64,000 nt of DNA from a virus (lineage: Duplodnaviria; Caudoviricetes). Under the pieces are notes generated by a model. It did no database searches. It was not told the DNA's origin and was given only the letters and a program-made list of their open reading frames with translations. The position numbers were made by a program, and so were the translations under genes. This document shows positions 38,710-47,368 of the stretch, in pieces. Numbering within the stretch: position 1 is the stretch's first letter; each line of letters begins with the position of its first letter. The stretch is taken from the IMG/VR virus record IMGVR_UViG_3300037313_001148, positions 26,670 to 90,669 of that record; one strand, given 5' to 3'.

Positions 38710-39624
38710 ATGACAGGAAAGATCGTATCAAGGCACGAAGACGGAACCCCTCATGTCGCGATTTACGATTCCATGTCAATTGAAGATATTATCAAAACTA
38801 CATCATCTATAACAAATAAAAAAGTAGATATCTCTCGAGACCATTTTTATCACGACACAACCAAAATTGTCCAGGAAAAACCTAATATCCCTCCCACGGG
38901 ACAACAGGAATTTCCAACAAATTCACAAATAAAGTCATTCATACAAAAATGCGAATACAGAAGCAAAATCAACGACACTACGTGGAATTGTTCGATTGGC
39001 CAAGGATTATTCCCTCAGTTTCCAAACAGTGTCACTTATGATCGATGTTTCCATTGCGTTCTCGGGCATCTCCCCGTAAAACATCCTCGCGCTCACAACG
39101 CAATCCTGGAACCAGATATCCCCAAAGAAAACTTGCTAGAATCAAGCTACGCAAATATTTCATCAAATCTCAACTCTTTGATCGCCGCCTGCCCCGAGCG
39201 AGGCGAAGTCACCCGTCCGTCGTCGTGCGGTTCGTGCGAGTTACGTCATTGCAAGGCTGGAAAATCGTCTGATGATGCGCCGCCCGGTCAGGTCAATCTC
39301 CGCGCTTGTTCCATCTGCATGATCGAAGCTCACTCCCTCCAGGATCAATTCCCTGACTACAAAGATTCCCCCAGTCTCTTCCGGAAAGCCGCCAACTTCG
39401 TCAAGGCTGCCGCCGGCCACGTCTCCAACGGCATGATCCGCGTCACTCCGGAACAAAAACAGGCACGACTCGACGTATGTCGATCGTGCCTGTATCTCAA
39501 AACCGATATGTCCTGTTCGGCTTGTGGCTGCCCTGTCCTCACGAAAACTGAATGGGCCTCAGAGTCCTGCCCTCAGAACCTATGGACTTCCGTCAATCCA
39601 GCCGAGCCTTCGCAAAGCTCGTAA
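38710..39624 (+). CDS. Cys-rich protein (possible fibre chaperone or metal-binding protein)
   Basis: Several CxxC motifs; terminal CRSC...CSACGC...ASESCP...W. Confidence 0.65.
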   Translation: MTGKIVSRHEDGTPHVAIYDSMSIEDIIKTTSSITNKKVDISRDHFYHDTTKIVQEKPNIPPTGQQEFPTNSQIKSFIQKCEYRSKINDTTWNCSIGQGLFPQFPNSVTYDRCFHCVLGHLPVKHPRAHNAILEPDIPKENLLESSYANISSNLNSLIAACPERGEVTRPSSCGSCELRHCKAGKSSDDAPPGQVNLRACSICMIEAHSLQDQFPDYKDSPSLFRKAANFVKAAAGHVSNGMIRVTPEQKQARLDVCRSCLYLKTDMSCSACGCPVLTKTEWASESCPQNLWTSVNPAEPSQSS

Positions 39625-40702
39625 CATTATCGCGTTCTCGGTTCCTAATCATATTACTAAATGTTTGCCCGGTGATTACCGAGTTCGCCTGTGCCCAGAA
39701 CGGCAACGGGTCAGCCGCTTCCTTCTTCCATTGACCCCCAATCCCGTACAACCCGTCAAGCCCCGCCGAAATCAATTGAAACTTACTTTCATCGTAATAA
39801 ACCCGATGTCTCGGATCGTTTACGATCTTCCCATTCGCATCTGTAGGTAAAGGCGTGTCAATCGTGTAGGGATTCGGGGCGGGAGAGGACACCGCACCGT
39901 TAACCAACGTCGGCGTTGCCGCATTGGCTGTCGCGAAGGCGCCCAGGAGATAAGCAGGAGTCCCCGCTTCATCTTCTTCCTGTACATTAACGTCATCCGG
40001 ATCGTAGCCGGCACCTTCGTACGCCGAGAAGTACACAAGAAAACTTCCCAGGACATCCCTGTAGGCCAAGAGCGGCCCGTCGCCCGTGGAAAGAGTCGGA
40101 TTGCCAGACGCGGCAAGACGACCAGCGTCGAAAGTGTGTAGCGGTTCATCGCGATTTGTCCCATAAGGCCACGTCTTCCCGATCGGCGGCGCAACCGCGC
40201 TCGTGAACGGATTCGCCGGGTTCCTGTCTAGCCCGCTCATCGTCCAACCATCTCCGGCTGGATACAACACTCCTCCCAGGAACACCACCAAACACTCTCT
40301 ACCATCCACAACATACGGCTTATTCTTGATATGATCGCCATTCACATCATACCAGCCTCCGGGGATCGCTGGCTTGCTCCCATCTGTACTCAGCTTCATC
40401 CGGGGCCAGAACCGCCTCAGATATCCCAGGCTTCGCGGGGCCAGCTTCACCATCGTCGGCCCCAAGTTCGCCACCGAATAGTCCCCGTCCTCTGCAATCA
40501 CGACCCGGCTCGGCGGATACGCCCCATACCTGTTCTTGAACGCCGCCAGGGCGATTTCAATTGAATTCATCTCGGCTGCTACTGCTGCTTCTTCCGCTCT
40601 GTTGTACGCCCTCTTGACCGCCGGCAGAAGCATTCCCACCAACAGCGTCAGGACAACAATGACAATCAGCAACTCGATCATCGTGAACGCACGCCTCATC
40701 AT
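39593..40702 (-). CDS. prepilin-type N-terminal methylation domain protein (GspG/pseudopilin-like)
   Basis: MMRRA-FTMIELLIVIVVLTLLVGMLLPAV...EIALAAFKNRYGAYPPS; C-terminal FQLISAGLDGLYG...DNVTSF. Confidence 0.9.
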   Translation of the reverse strand: MMRRAFTMIELLIVIVVLTLLVGMLLPAVKRAYNRAEEAAVAAEMNSIEIALAAFKNRYGAYPPSRVVIAEDGDYSVANLGPTMVKLAPRSLGYLRRFWPRMKLSTDGSKPAIPGGWYDVNGDHIKNKPYVVDGRECLVVFLGGVLYPAGDGWTMSGLDRNPANPFTSAVAPPIGKTWPYGTNRDEPLHTFDAGRLAASGNPTLSTGDGPLLAYRDVLGSFLVYFSAYEGAGYDPDDVNVQEEDEAGTPAYLLGAFATANAATPTLVNGAVSSPAPNPYTIDTPLPTDANGKIVNDPRHRVYYDESKFQLISAGLDGLYGIGGQWKKEAADPLPFWAQANSVITGQTFSNMIRNRERDNVTSFAKARLD

Positions 40703-41277
40703 CCACCCCCTCGTAACGACTCGCCCCGGTTGCCCGCCCAATCTCCACATCAGCCGCCCGCCTCACTTCTCCCACCCCGAAGATCATCACAATCATAACC
40801 GCTATCCACATAAAAGCAAGTATTCTCGTTAAATCCACCACCTGCCCATCTTCCTCTCTCGCCCACCTAATTCTTTCCATGACCATCCCTTCTTTTTAAA
40901 TCGCCCATTTTGCCTACCATATCATAAGAAAGATCCTGAAAAAGACAATCCCCAAATTCTGAAAAATCCTGAAAATTAGGATTGAAGCCGGGACAATCTT
41001 CTGGCATAATCATCCACGCCTGGCCAGCACACGGCAACGTGAGGCTTAACACCGGCTGGACGAGCGGGATTCTCTCTGGTTGCAAGCCAGGAGAGTTGCG
41101 AGACGATCTCAGGTTAGCCTGACTATCTGATCGCCTGAACTGGTTCTTCCGTCCTTGTAAAAGGGTGCGAATTGAAACCACTATCCCCTTGAGAGTGCAT
41201 AGCTTGCAATGACTCTCCTGCAAGCCGTCTCAGGAAACTGAGGCGGCTTGGCTCGTTTACCTGGCCACTCAAAGAAG

Positions 41278-41327
41278 TTGCCCCGCTTCGCGGGGCAAAA
41301 GAGACGACGGAGAGAGGGCAGTGGCGG
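41278..41327 (-). repeat. hairpin element, minus-strand copy
   Basis: Reverse complement ccgccactgccctctctccgtcgtctctt followed by ttgccccgc-GAA-gcggggcaa. Confidence 0.85.
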
Positions 41328-41332
41328 GGCGG

Positions 41333-41638
41333 CTACTCGGAACGCGGCACGTCTGCCTCGGTCATCCTTTGCGCCACATTAGATCTGGCAGAATTAGCAT
41401 ATCTGTCGGTAATTTCCTCGATAACAAACATCATAAGATCCGCCCAAGCCCACCAAGCCAATCCTGATCCCAAACCATACACAAGGGCAACAGCCGCGCC
41501 TTTTTCTATATTTGACATAATGCTCCACCCGGCCATAAAAACCCCAACATTCATCTGGATACACATCTTGCTCGTGACATCCATGATAGGCGCACACCTG
41601 TCAATAAATCTCATAATCTTAGCCTTGTAGTCAAACAT
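41333..41638 (-). CDS. small membrane protein
   Basis: AGGAGG SD; two hydrophobic segments. Confidence 0.7.
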   Translation of the reverse strand: MFDYKAKIMRFIDRCAPIMDVTSKMCIQMNVGVFMAGWSIMSNIEKGAAVALVYGLGSGLAWWAWADLMMFVIEEITDRYANSARSNVAQRMTEADVPRSE

Positions 41639-41689
41639 ATGGCCTCCTGTTCAAGTCCTCGCTCTTTCCGCCGCGTGACACAGTGCCCG

Positions 41690-41734
41690 CGACACTCCCC
41701 TTCCTCCGTCGTAACCCGTGCCGCGAAGCGGCAC
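41690..41734 (+). repeat. hairpin element copy 7
   Basis: cgacactccccttcctccgtcgtaaccc followed by gtgccgc-GAA-gcggcac. Confidence 0.9.
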
Positions 41735-41742
41735 CAGAGTTA

Positions 41743-42339
41743 TCAATACGCCGGCTCTTCTCGCATCTCTTCCACGTCAGAACCTTGAAGCTCGCAATGA
41801 ATCTTCATAATCTTGAACGTTGTCACGAGAAACTTCGTAACCCACTCCTCAATTCCCCTGGACTTGGACTCCCGACTTCCCGCAACGTTCAAGATCCTGT
41901 AATCTTTTAAATATAGTTTCATTGCAAGCTGGTCCGGAGACTCCGATCCCCAGAAATTTTCCCTGATTGACCAGAACGGTTTATAGTGTATATTTGCAAA
42001 CTTCTGAGTGCAGTAGAAACCCGATGAATTATCGCCTCCCTTTCCTATAAAATAAACTGTAATATCAGAATTAATAACATTTTGTTCCGTTCTCGCCGGA
42101 TAGTCGGGCGAACTATGCTCGACAAGTCCGAATGCCGACCCGAGAATCCTGTAGTTCCCCCTCTCGGTGCGAAATCCTTTGGGCGCAGTGCCGCCCGTAG
42201 GGATTCCGCACGCCTTCGCGGCGATCAGCCCGCCAAGATCCGCGCCGAACTGACCACCAGAAATCACTCGTTCGATCACCTGAAAATCTCCTGATAGATT
42301 CACTAGAACGCACGCCGTGTCCGCAGGAATCGGCCTCAT
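41743..42339 (-). CDS. SLOG-superfamily protein (putative molybdenum carrier-like)
   Basis: ISGGQFGADLGGL...GGTAPKG...RTEQNVINSD...LNVAGSRES. Confidence 0.85.
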   Translation of the reverse strand: MRPIPADTACVLVNLSGDFQVIERVISGGQFGADLGGLIAAKACGIPTGGTAPKGFRTERGNYRILGSAFGLVEHSSPDYPARTEQNVINSDITVYFIGKGGDNSSGFYCTQKFANIHYKPFWSIRENFWGSESPDQLAMKLYLKDYRILNVAGSRESKSRGIEEWVTKFLVTTFKIMKIHCELQGSDVEEMREEPAY

Positions 42340-42345
42340 TTTTCG

Positions 42346-43131
42346 TCACAATATTCTATAACAGGATGACTCCACCTTTCTCGCTTTGACATAATCCTTG
42401 AAAAGATCTGTCCAATAAGTATACGTTTCTGTTGTCTTCAAGTAGTACCAATCCTCCGATGTAAGATCTTCAACACCTTTATACCAAGGCAAATGTTTAA
42501 CTGAGAATGGCCTACCAATTCTCAGCCCATTACCCATCGCGCGCGGCCCGATCTCGGGAATATCCTTGACCCGATACATGGCCATTGTTGTATCGATGTT
42601 CGCATTGTAATACAAAACATTTCTTCTGCCGTTTCCGTCATAAACGGAATCGGCAATCTCCTGCCAATGTTTCTCCTGGTCAGCAACCACGGCGTTTTTC
42701 AACGGGTACTTGCGCGGCAAATCCAGGTATTCCAGGGCCGGGCCTACCTTGATGACTTTTGGATTTCGGTCCAGGCCCCGCTTCATCCATTCAATCAGGT
42801 TTCCGGCCGCGAGCGCTCCCGACAAATCAAGATCATCATCTGTGACGATATAATTACTTGTTCTCCATAGCTCCGGATAAGCCCAGTCCATAATGGTTCG
42901 CTTCTTATCAAACGGATGCCACGGCGCGTAACCTCCAATGTTGTCACCGAGATAGGCCACCTTACGAATCAGCGGATCGCTCTCAAGTTCCTGGAGATAC
43001 CTCACCATCGGGGGCCAGTCCGACCCGTTATCCAGGATGATCGGATGAAGTCCGTCAAGCCTCCGAACTTGATTCACCAGGCCGCGAAGCATAGAGACGC
43101 GATTACGTGTAACAATGAACAATGGAATCAT
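42346..43131 (-). CDS. glycosyltransferase family 2
   Basis: IILDNGS, YIVTDDD, NIDTTMAMY...KHLPWY. Confidence 0.85.
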   Translation of the reverse strand: MIPLFIVTRNRVSMLRGLVNQVRRLDGLHPIILDNGSDWPPMVRYLQELESDPLIRKVAYLGDNIGGYAPWHPFDKKRTIMDWAYPELWRTSNYIVTDDDLDLSGALAAGNLIEWMKRGLDRNPKVIKVGPALEYLDLPRKYPLKNAVVADQEKHWQEIADSVYDGNGRRNVLYYNANIDTTMAMYRVKDIPEIGPRAMGNGLRIGRPFSVKHLPWYKGVEDLTSEDWYYLKTTETYTYWTDLFKDYVKARKVESSCYRIL

Positions 43132-43330
43132 TCATCTTCCTTTTTAATAACTGACGAGCCGTAGACGATCCGGCTCACCGAACCAAGCACAATCAGGAAC
43201 CCAAGCGGAGCCAGGTTTCCGAGAACGGCGGATCCAACGGAAAACAAGATAAACGAAAAAGCACATAACCCCTCAAATTCAACAATCCAGTCTTTTTCAC
43301 GCATACCTTGAATTCTCCGGCGCAAGTTCG
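43128..43330 (-). CDS. small membrane protein
   Basis: GTG start about 7 nt after the GAAGGAGG supplied by the reverse strand of hairpin copy 8; two hydrophobic segments. Confidence 0.5.
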
Positions 43331-43333
43331 CCA

Positions 43334-43379
43334 CCGACACCCCTCCTTCTCCGTCGTCCCTCGTGCGGCGCAGCCGCAC
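43334..43379 (+). repeat. hairpin element copy 8
   Basis: ccgacacccctccttctccgtcgtccctc followed by gtgcggc-GCA-gccgcac. Confidence 0.9.
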
Positions 43380-43616
43380 CAGAGCTATCAGTGCCGCACT
43401 GCCATTCGTCTCCTGAATTTTGGTAATCCAGCCGCCCTCTCTATCATCGCATTCCCTTGCCTGGAAGTCAAATAGAATTTTCAGCTTTTTTCAACATTCG
43501 GCCTTCGTCACGAAATCTTCGCTTTTCGGACTTGCTATTTCCCGGTACAATTTCCCTGGAAAACAGTCAACGCCGAGATTCGGAGAACTAATTCCCCAAA
43601 ACAGGAGGCAGCGATC

Positions 43617-43841
43617 ATGTCTACGGAACAGCGAGTCACAATTGCCCTCTTGCGAGGCCAGCCGTCCTATAAAAAGGCTCTCAAGAGAAGACTAAAGAAT
43701 ATACAAATCATCCACGGTGTAAAGATCCCTCTTGAACAGCTTTTGGAACAGGGTATCAATCTCGCCCTGGCCACCTACGGCGAACAGCCGATTTCAGGCC
43801 GTTTGCGGCGTAATCCTGAAAAACCGTCTAAGCCTACTTGA
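43617..43841 (+). CDS. small putative DNA-binding protein (RHH-like)
   Basis: AGGAGG SD; 74 aa, basic and helical. Confidence 0.5.
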   Translation: MSTEQRVTIALLRGQPSYKKALKRRLKNIQIIHGVKIPLEQLLEQGINLALATYGEQPISGRLRRNPEKPSKPT

Positions 43842-43866
43842 CTTCACACGAGCAATCAGGGATATT
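43838..43866 (+). promoter_or_regulatory. promoter overlapped by a PAM and protospacer
   Basis: TTGACT (43838-43843), 17 nt, GATATT (43861-43866); predicted +1 near 43873. Confidence 0.6.
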
Positions 43867-43872
43867 CCAAAA

Positions 43873-43974
43873 GTCGTTCCCTTTGCAGGGGACGTGGATT
43901 GAAACACGCGAGCAATCAGGGATATTCAGAATTCTCCCGGCACCACCGTCTCGGTGTTCGGCCCCCTACGAAAC
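43873..43974 (+). CRISPR. solitary type I-C repeat + self-targeting spacer + degenerate second repeat (crRNA-like unit)
   Basis: gtcgttccctttgcaggggacgtggattgaaac (33 nt, hairpin, GGATTGAAAC end); the spacer start matches 43846-43867 at 21/22; a hairpin-containing ...gaaac ends at 43974. Confidence 0.8.
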
Positions 43975-43992
43975 AAGCAATCATAAGAAAGA

Positions 43993-44814
43993 ATGTCGAT
44001 GGTGACATTTGAAGAACTTTCCGAGGATATTCCCGATCATCTCAAGCCGTTTCTTGACCGCGAAGTTCCACCGCCGAATCTGACCCCGCTTCAACGGAAG
44101 TGGCGGAATGACGGCCTGGTTATCCTTCGTAAAATCATCGACCCAGCCCTCATTGATGCCTACTGTGAGCGATGGATCAAGGACAAGCCATTTCATAAGA
44201 AGTGGCGTCCGAACGTTCCATACATGGATGTTCATGAAATTCGGGATCTATGTCTAGCCGGGCACCTGATGGACACGCTCGGGCATCTGGTTGGCGAAGA
44301 GATGGGCCTTCACCTTAACCTGTGCAATTGGGTGAGCACGGAACGTGATTGGCACCAAGATTCATACCTTAACCCTACAGAAGTTTACAATCATTATCTC
44401 GCCGTATGGTTTGCGCTCGATGATATCGATCCGGATTCGGGGCCGTTCGAGTATATTCGCGGATCCCACAAATGGCCCCTCATGAGCCGTCAGAAAGTTT
44501 GGGACGCCGCGCCTTTCGATATGAAAAATTCTGCGGAATGGAATGACCACTGGCCTACCCTGACTCAAGGGTTTGTTTCCAGGGCGTGCGACGAGAAAAT
44601 TCTTCAAGAGAATGCCGTTGTCGATCGATTTATTCCGGCGAACAAGGGTGATGTCCTGGTCTGGAATGGCGCTCTCGTTCATCGCGGATCGGCTCCCAGG
44701 GTTCGCGGCCTCGAACGCCGTGCCCTGATTTCGCACTATAGCGGCTTGAATCATCGTCACGACATGCCTGTCCGTAAAAGGCATAACGATCAAGGCATGT
44801 ATTTTGTTCTCTAG
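43993..44814 (+). CDS. phytanoyl-CoA dioxygenase (PhyH)-family 2OG-Fe(II) dioxygenase
   Basis: WHQDSY...VWFALDDI...GPFEYIRGSH...GDVLVWNGALVHRGS. Confidence 0.9.
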   Translation: MSMVTFEELSEDIPDHLKPFLDREVPPPNLTPLQRKWRNDGLVILRKIIDPALIDAYCERWIKDKPFHKKWRPNVPYMDVHEIRDLCLAGHLMDTLGHLVGEEMGLHLNLCNWVSTERDWHQDSYLNPTEVYNHYLAVWFALDDIDPDSGPFEYIRGSHKWPLMSRQKVWDAAPFDMKNSAEWNDHWPTLTQGFVSRACDEKILQENAVVDRFIPANKGDVLVWNGALVHRGSAPRVRGLERRALISHYSGLNHRHDMPVRKRHNDQGMYFVL

Positions 44815-44841
44815 AAAACAATACATCAAAGTAACATTATA

Positions 44842-45516
44842 ATGCCAAAATTCCCAGAATCAAAGCTTGCTCATAAATGGCTCGACGGACTGCGTGGAAT
44901 CGAGATCGGCGGTTCAGCCCACAATCATTTTAATATCGCCGGATGTATCAATGTCGATTACACCGACGAGATGACCGCCCACAAGCAAGCCGAAGTCAGG
45001 TTTTGCGGCGAATTTCTCCCCGTTGATGTCATTGCGGAGGCGTGGCGCCTGCCGTTCCAAGACGGCGATTTTGATTATGTTATCAATTCGCACGTAATTG
45101 AACACTGTCCCGACACAATCTCAACGATCCTCGAATGGCACCGCGTTGTGAAGGATGGGGGCCTGATCTTCTTCAACGTCCCTAACAGAGACGACGGCCC
45201 CGAAGATAAACAGCACCCTTACACAGACCTTCACCATCATCTTGCCGATTGGAAGAGCAAGGCGACCATTGAGACGCATCCTTGCGTTTCCGGCCAGGGG
45301 CCGCGCGGGCACTACCATCATTATCGCCTCGAAACATTCCTTGAACTCCTGGACATGTGCTTCGGGGATTCCCTTCCCGTCCTTGAGCGTCTAGAGAAAG
45401 ACGACAAAGTTGGCAATGGTTTTATGATTGTATGCAGAGTCGTCAAAGATCAAAAGATCACAAAGTTCTATAGAGATATCGATGCCTTACCGAATCTTGA
45501 TGAACGTCTCGGATAA
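44842..45516 (+). CDS. SAM-dependent methyltransferase (type 11)
   Basis: GIEIGG...LPFQDGDFDYVINSHVIEH...RVVKDGG. Confidence 0.9.
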   Translation: MPKFPESKLAHKWLDGLRGIEIGGSAHNHFNIAGCINVDYTDEMTAHKQAEVRFCGEFLPVDVIAEAWRLPFQDGDFDYVINSHVIEHCPDTISTILEWHRVVKDGGLIFFNVPNRDDGPEDKQHPYTDLHHHLADWKSKATIETHPCVSGQGPRGHYHHYRLETFLELLDMCFGDSLPVLERLEKDDKVGNGFMIVCRVVKDQKITKFYRDIDALPNLDERLG

Positions 45517-46564
45517 CACCGCCTGCGCCCTGTACCGTGCCGTCCTCCCCTGGGCCATGTGTCACGCCGATCTCGCCAAAGAAGGTATCCAGCTAGATAT
45601 TTCAGAGAAGCTTAGCAATCAATATGAATATGATTGCTACATCTTCCATAGGCTTGTGATGCCTTATTTTGTGCCGACCTTGGCAGATATGCGGTTCTTC
45701 AATCGCCGCAAGATCGTCTGGGACACCGACGATGATCTCCTGGAAGTTCCAGCCTGGAATCCGGCTCGCGAGATGATCGGTCAGGGTAAGACTGACATGA
45801 TGAAGGCGTGCCTCAGCTACTCCGATCATGTCACTCTGACGACGGACATTTTTAAGAATGAATACGCGAAAGCGTATCCGACATTCTCAGATCGAATCAC
45901 GGTTCTTCCTAACCTCATCGACCTTGACGCCTGGAAATTCGAGCCGTGCCGCAAGCAATCCGGTCCTGTTCGTGTCATGTGGTCGGGATCAATGTCTCAC
46001 CAGGCAGACGTTGATCTGATCGGGGACGTTGTTTTCAAACTGGTAAAGAAATATAAGGATAAGGTTCATTTCATTTTTATGGGCCTGATCCCGTCCCAAC
46101 TTCGCATCAACAACGAAACTCTTCCCGACCTTCGCAATCGAGTCGTGCAGGTCGGCGTATGTGAACTGCCGTACTACCCGCACAACCTGACGCTGTTCTC
46201 GCCTGATATTTCCATGATTCCGGTGGTCGATTGCCGGTTCAATCGAGTCAAGTCCAATATTAAATACTTGGAAATGACTCTTGCCGGAGCGGCTTCTGTT
46301 GCCTCGGATCTTGGGCCTTACGCGGCCACAATCGAAGACAGTAGGGACGGCCTGTTATGTCAGGATGCCGAAGATTGGGAGGAATCGCTTTCCCTGCTGA
46401 TCGAAAATCCGTCGAAGGTCCGGGAGATGCACAAGGCGGCAAGACAAAAAGTTATCGATAACTATTCATGGCAGTCGCCATCCAAACAAAAGTGGATGGA
46501 TTTTTTCCGGCGGCTGGCAAACGAAAAGAGCACGGAACAAGTCCGTGCTCTGACCGCTTCTTAG
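45482..46564 (+). CDS. glycosyltransferase (GT-B, family 4-like)
   Basis: WDTDDDLL...VMWSGS..H..D...FNRVKSNIKYLE...ASDLGPY. Confidence 0.9.
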   Translation: MPYRILMNVSDNTACALYRAVLPWAMCHADLAKEGIQLDISEKLSNQYEYDCYIFHRLVMPYFVPTLADMRFFNRRKIVWDTDDDLLEVPAWNPAREMIGQGKTDMMKACLSYSDHVTLTTDIFKNEYAKAYPTFSDRITVLPNLIDLDAWKFEPCRKQSGPVRVMWSGSMSHQADVDLIGDVVFKLVKKYKDKVHFIFMGLIPSQLRINNETLPDLRNRVVQVGVCELPYYPHNLTLFSPDISMIPVVDCRFNRVKSNIKYLEMTLAGAASVASDLGPYAATIEDSRDGLLCQDAEDWEESLSLLIENPSKVREMHKAARQKVIDNYSWQSPSKQKWMDFFRRLANEKSTEQVRALTAS

Positions 46565-46579
46565 GATTCTCGTTCCCAA

Positions 46580-47110
46580 TCAGGAAGCCATGCCCGAGAC
46601 GACGTTGGCAAGCACTTCGCCGTCTTCGGTGAGGCTATAGAAATTGCTCTTGCCGTCGCGTCGGGGCGTAGCGATCCCGGCGTGACGGAGCAACGCGAGA
46701 TGATGGCTGACGGCAGGCTGAGAGGATCCCAGTCTGTCACAGATCGCGTTGACGTGCAGTTCCCCGCCCGACAGGATTCGGACGATCGACGCCCGAGTTC
46801 CGTCAGAGATCAACTTCAGCTTCTCGGCGATCTCCTTGTCACGGGCCAGGCGACCCCGTTCAGCCTGGCTGACATCCTTCGCCGACACCGGAGTCGGCTT
46901 CCTGACCGGGGCCTCCTTCTTGGGGGCGGCAGCCTTCTCGGCTGCCTTCTTCTTGGTCTTGGTAGCGGCCACCTTCTTCTTTTCCTTCTTCAAAGGGATA
47001 CCCAGGAGTTCCGGTCCTTCCGGCTCTCCGACAGCATCGGCAGTCTCTTGACCCTCGTAGGTTCCGAGCGTCCGCGCTTCATTGTCCAGCCCGACATCTT
47101 CGTTGGACAT
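46580..47110 (-). CDS. ArsR-family transcriptional regulator with Lys/Ala-rich N-extension
   Basis: SDGTRASIV...ELHVNAIC...SQPAVSHHLALLRHAG...RRDGK..FYSL. Confidence 0.9.
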   Translation of the reverse strand: MSNEDVGLDNEARTLGTYEGQETADAVGEPEGPELLGIPLKKEKKKVAATKTKKKAAEKAAAPKKEAPVRKPTPVSAKDVSQAERGRLARDKEIAEKLKLISDGTRASIVRILSGGELHVNAICDRLGSSQPAVSHHLALLRHAGIATPRRDGKSNFYSLTEDGEVLANVVSGMAS

Positions 47111-47168
47111 CGCTAATCTTCTCCGAACTAACAGAGGTGGGAATGGCGATCGGTTGTCGAACCTCCAA

Positions 47169-47324
47169 ATGTTAGAAAATCAGTCTATTCATGTCAAGCC
47201 TTATTAGGGTAATTTTTCCTTTGTCGATATCCCCGAGCTTTTATAGTGAACTCTAGTCCACTATCGAATTTTCATGAAAATTCGCGCGGTGGCCTATTGA
47301 CCTTAAAAACAAGGCTGTGATACT
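47169..47324. promoter_or_regulatory. divergent promoters between arsR and the replication operon
   Basis: Minus strand TTGACA (47197-47192), 17 nt, TAACAT; plus strand TTGACC (47297) with TGTGATACT extended -10. Confidence 0.6.
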
Positions 47325-47368
47325 GTAGGTGAGGCAATTGGATATCCAATCGAAAACGGGGAACGCCA

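Noticed and set aside
40557-41223. ORFs 40557-40886 (-) and 40867-41223 (-)
   Set aside because: The first overlaps the pilin gene extensively and the second lacks motifs or a clear SD; a short membrane ORF upstream of the pilin cannot be excluded
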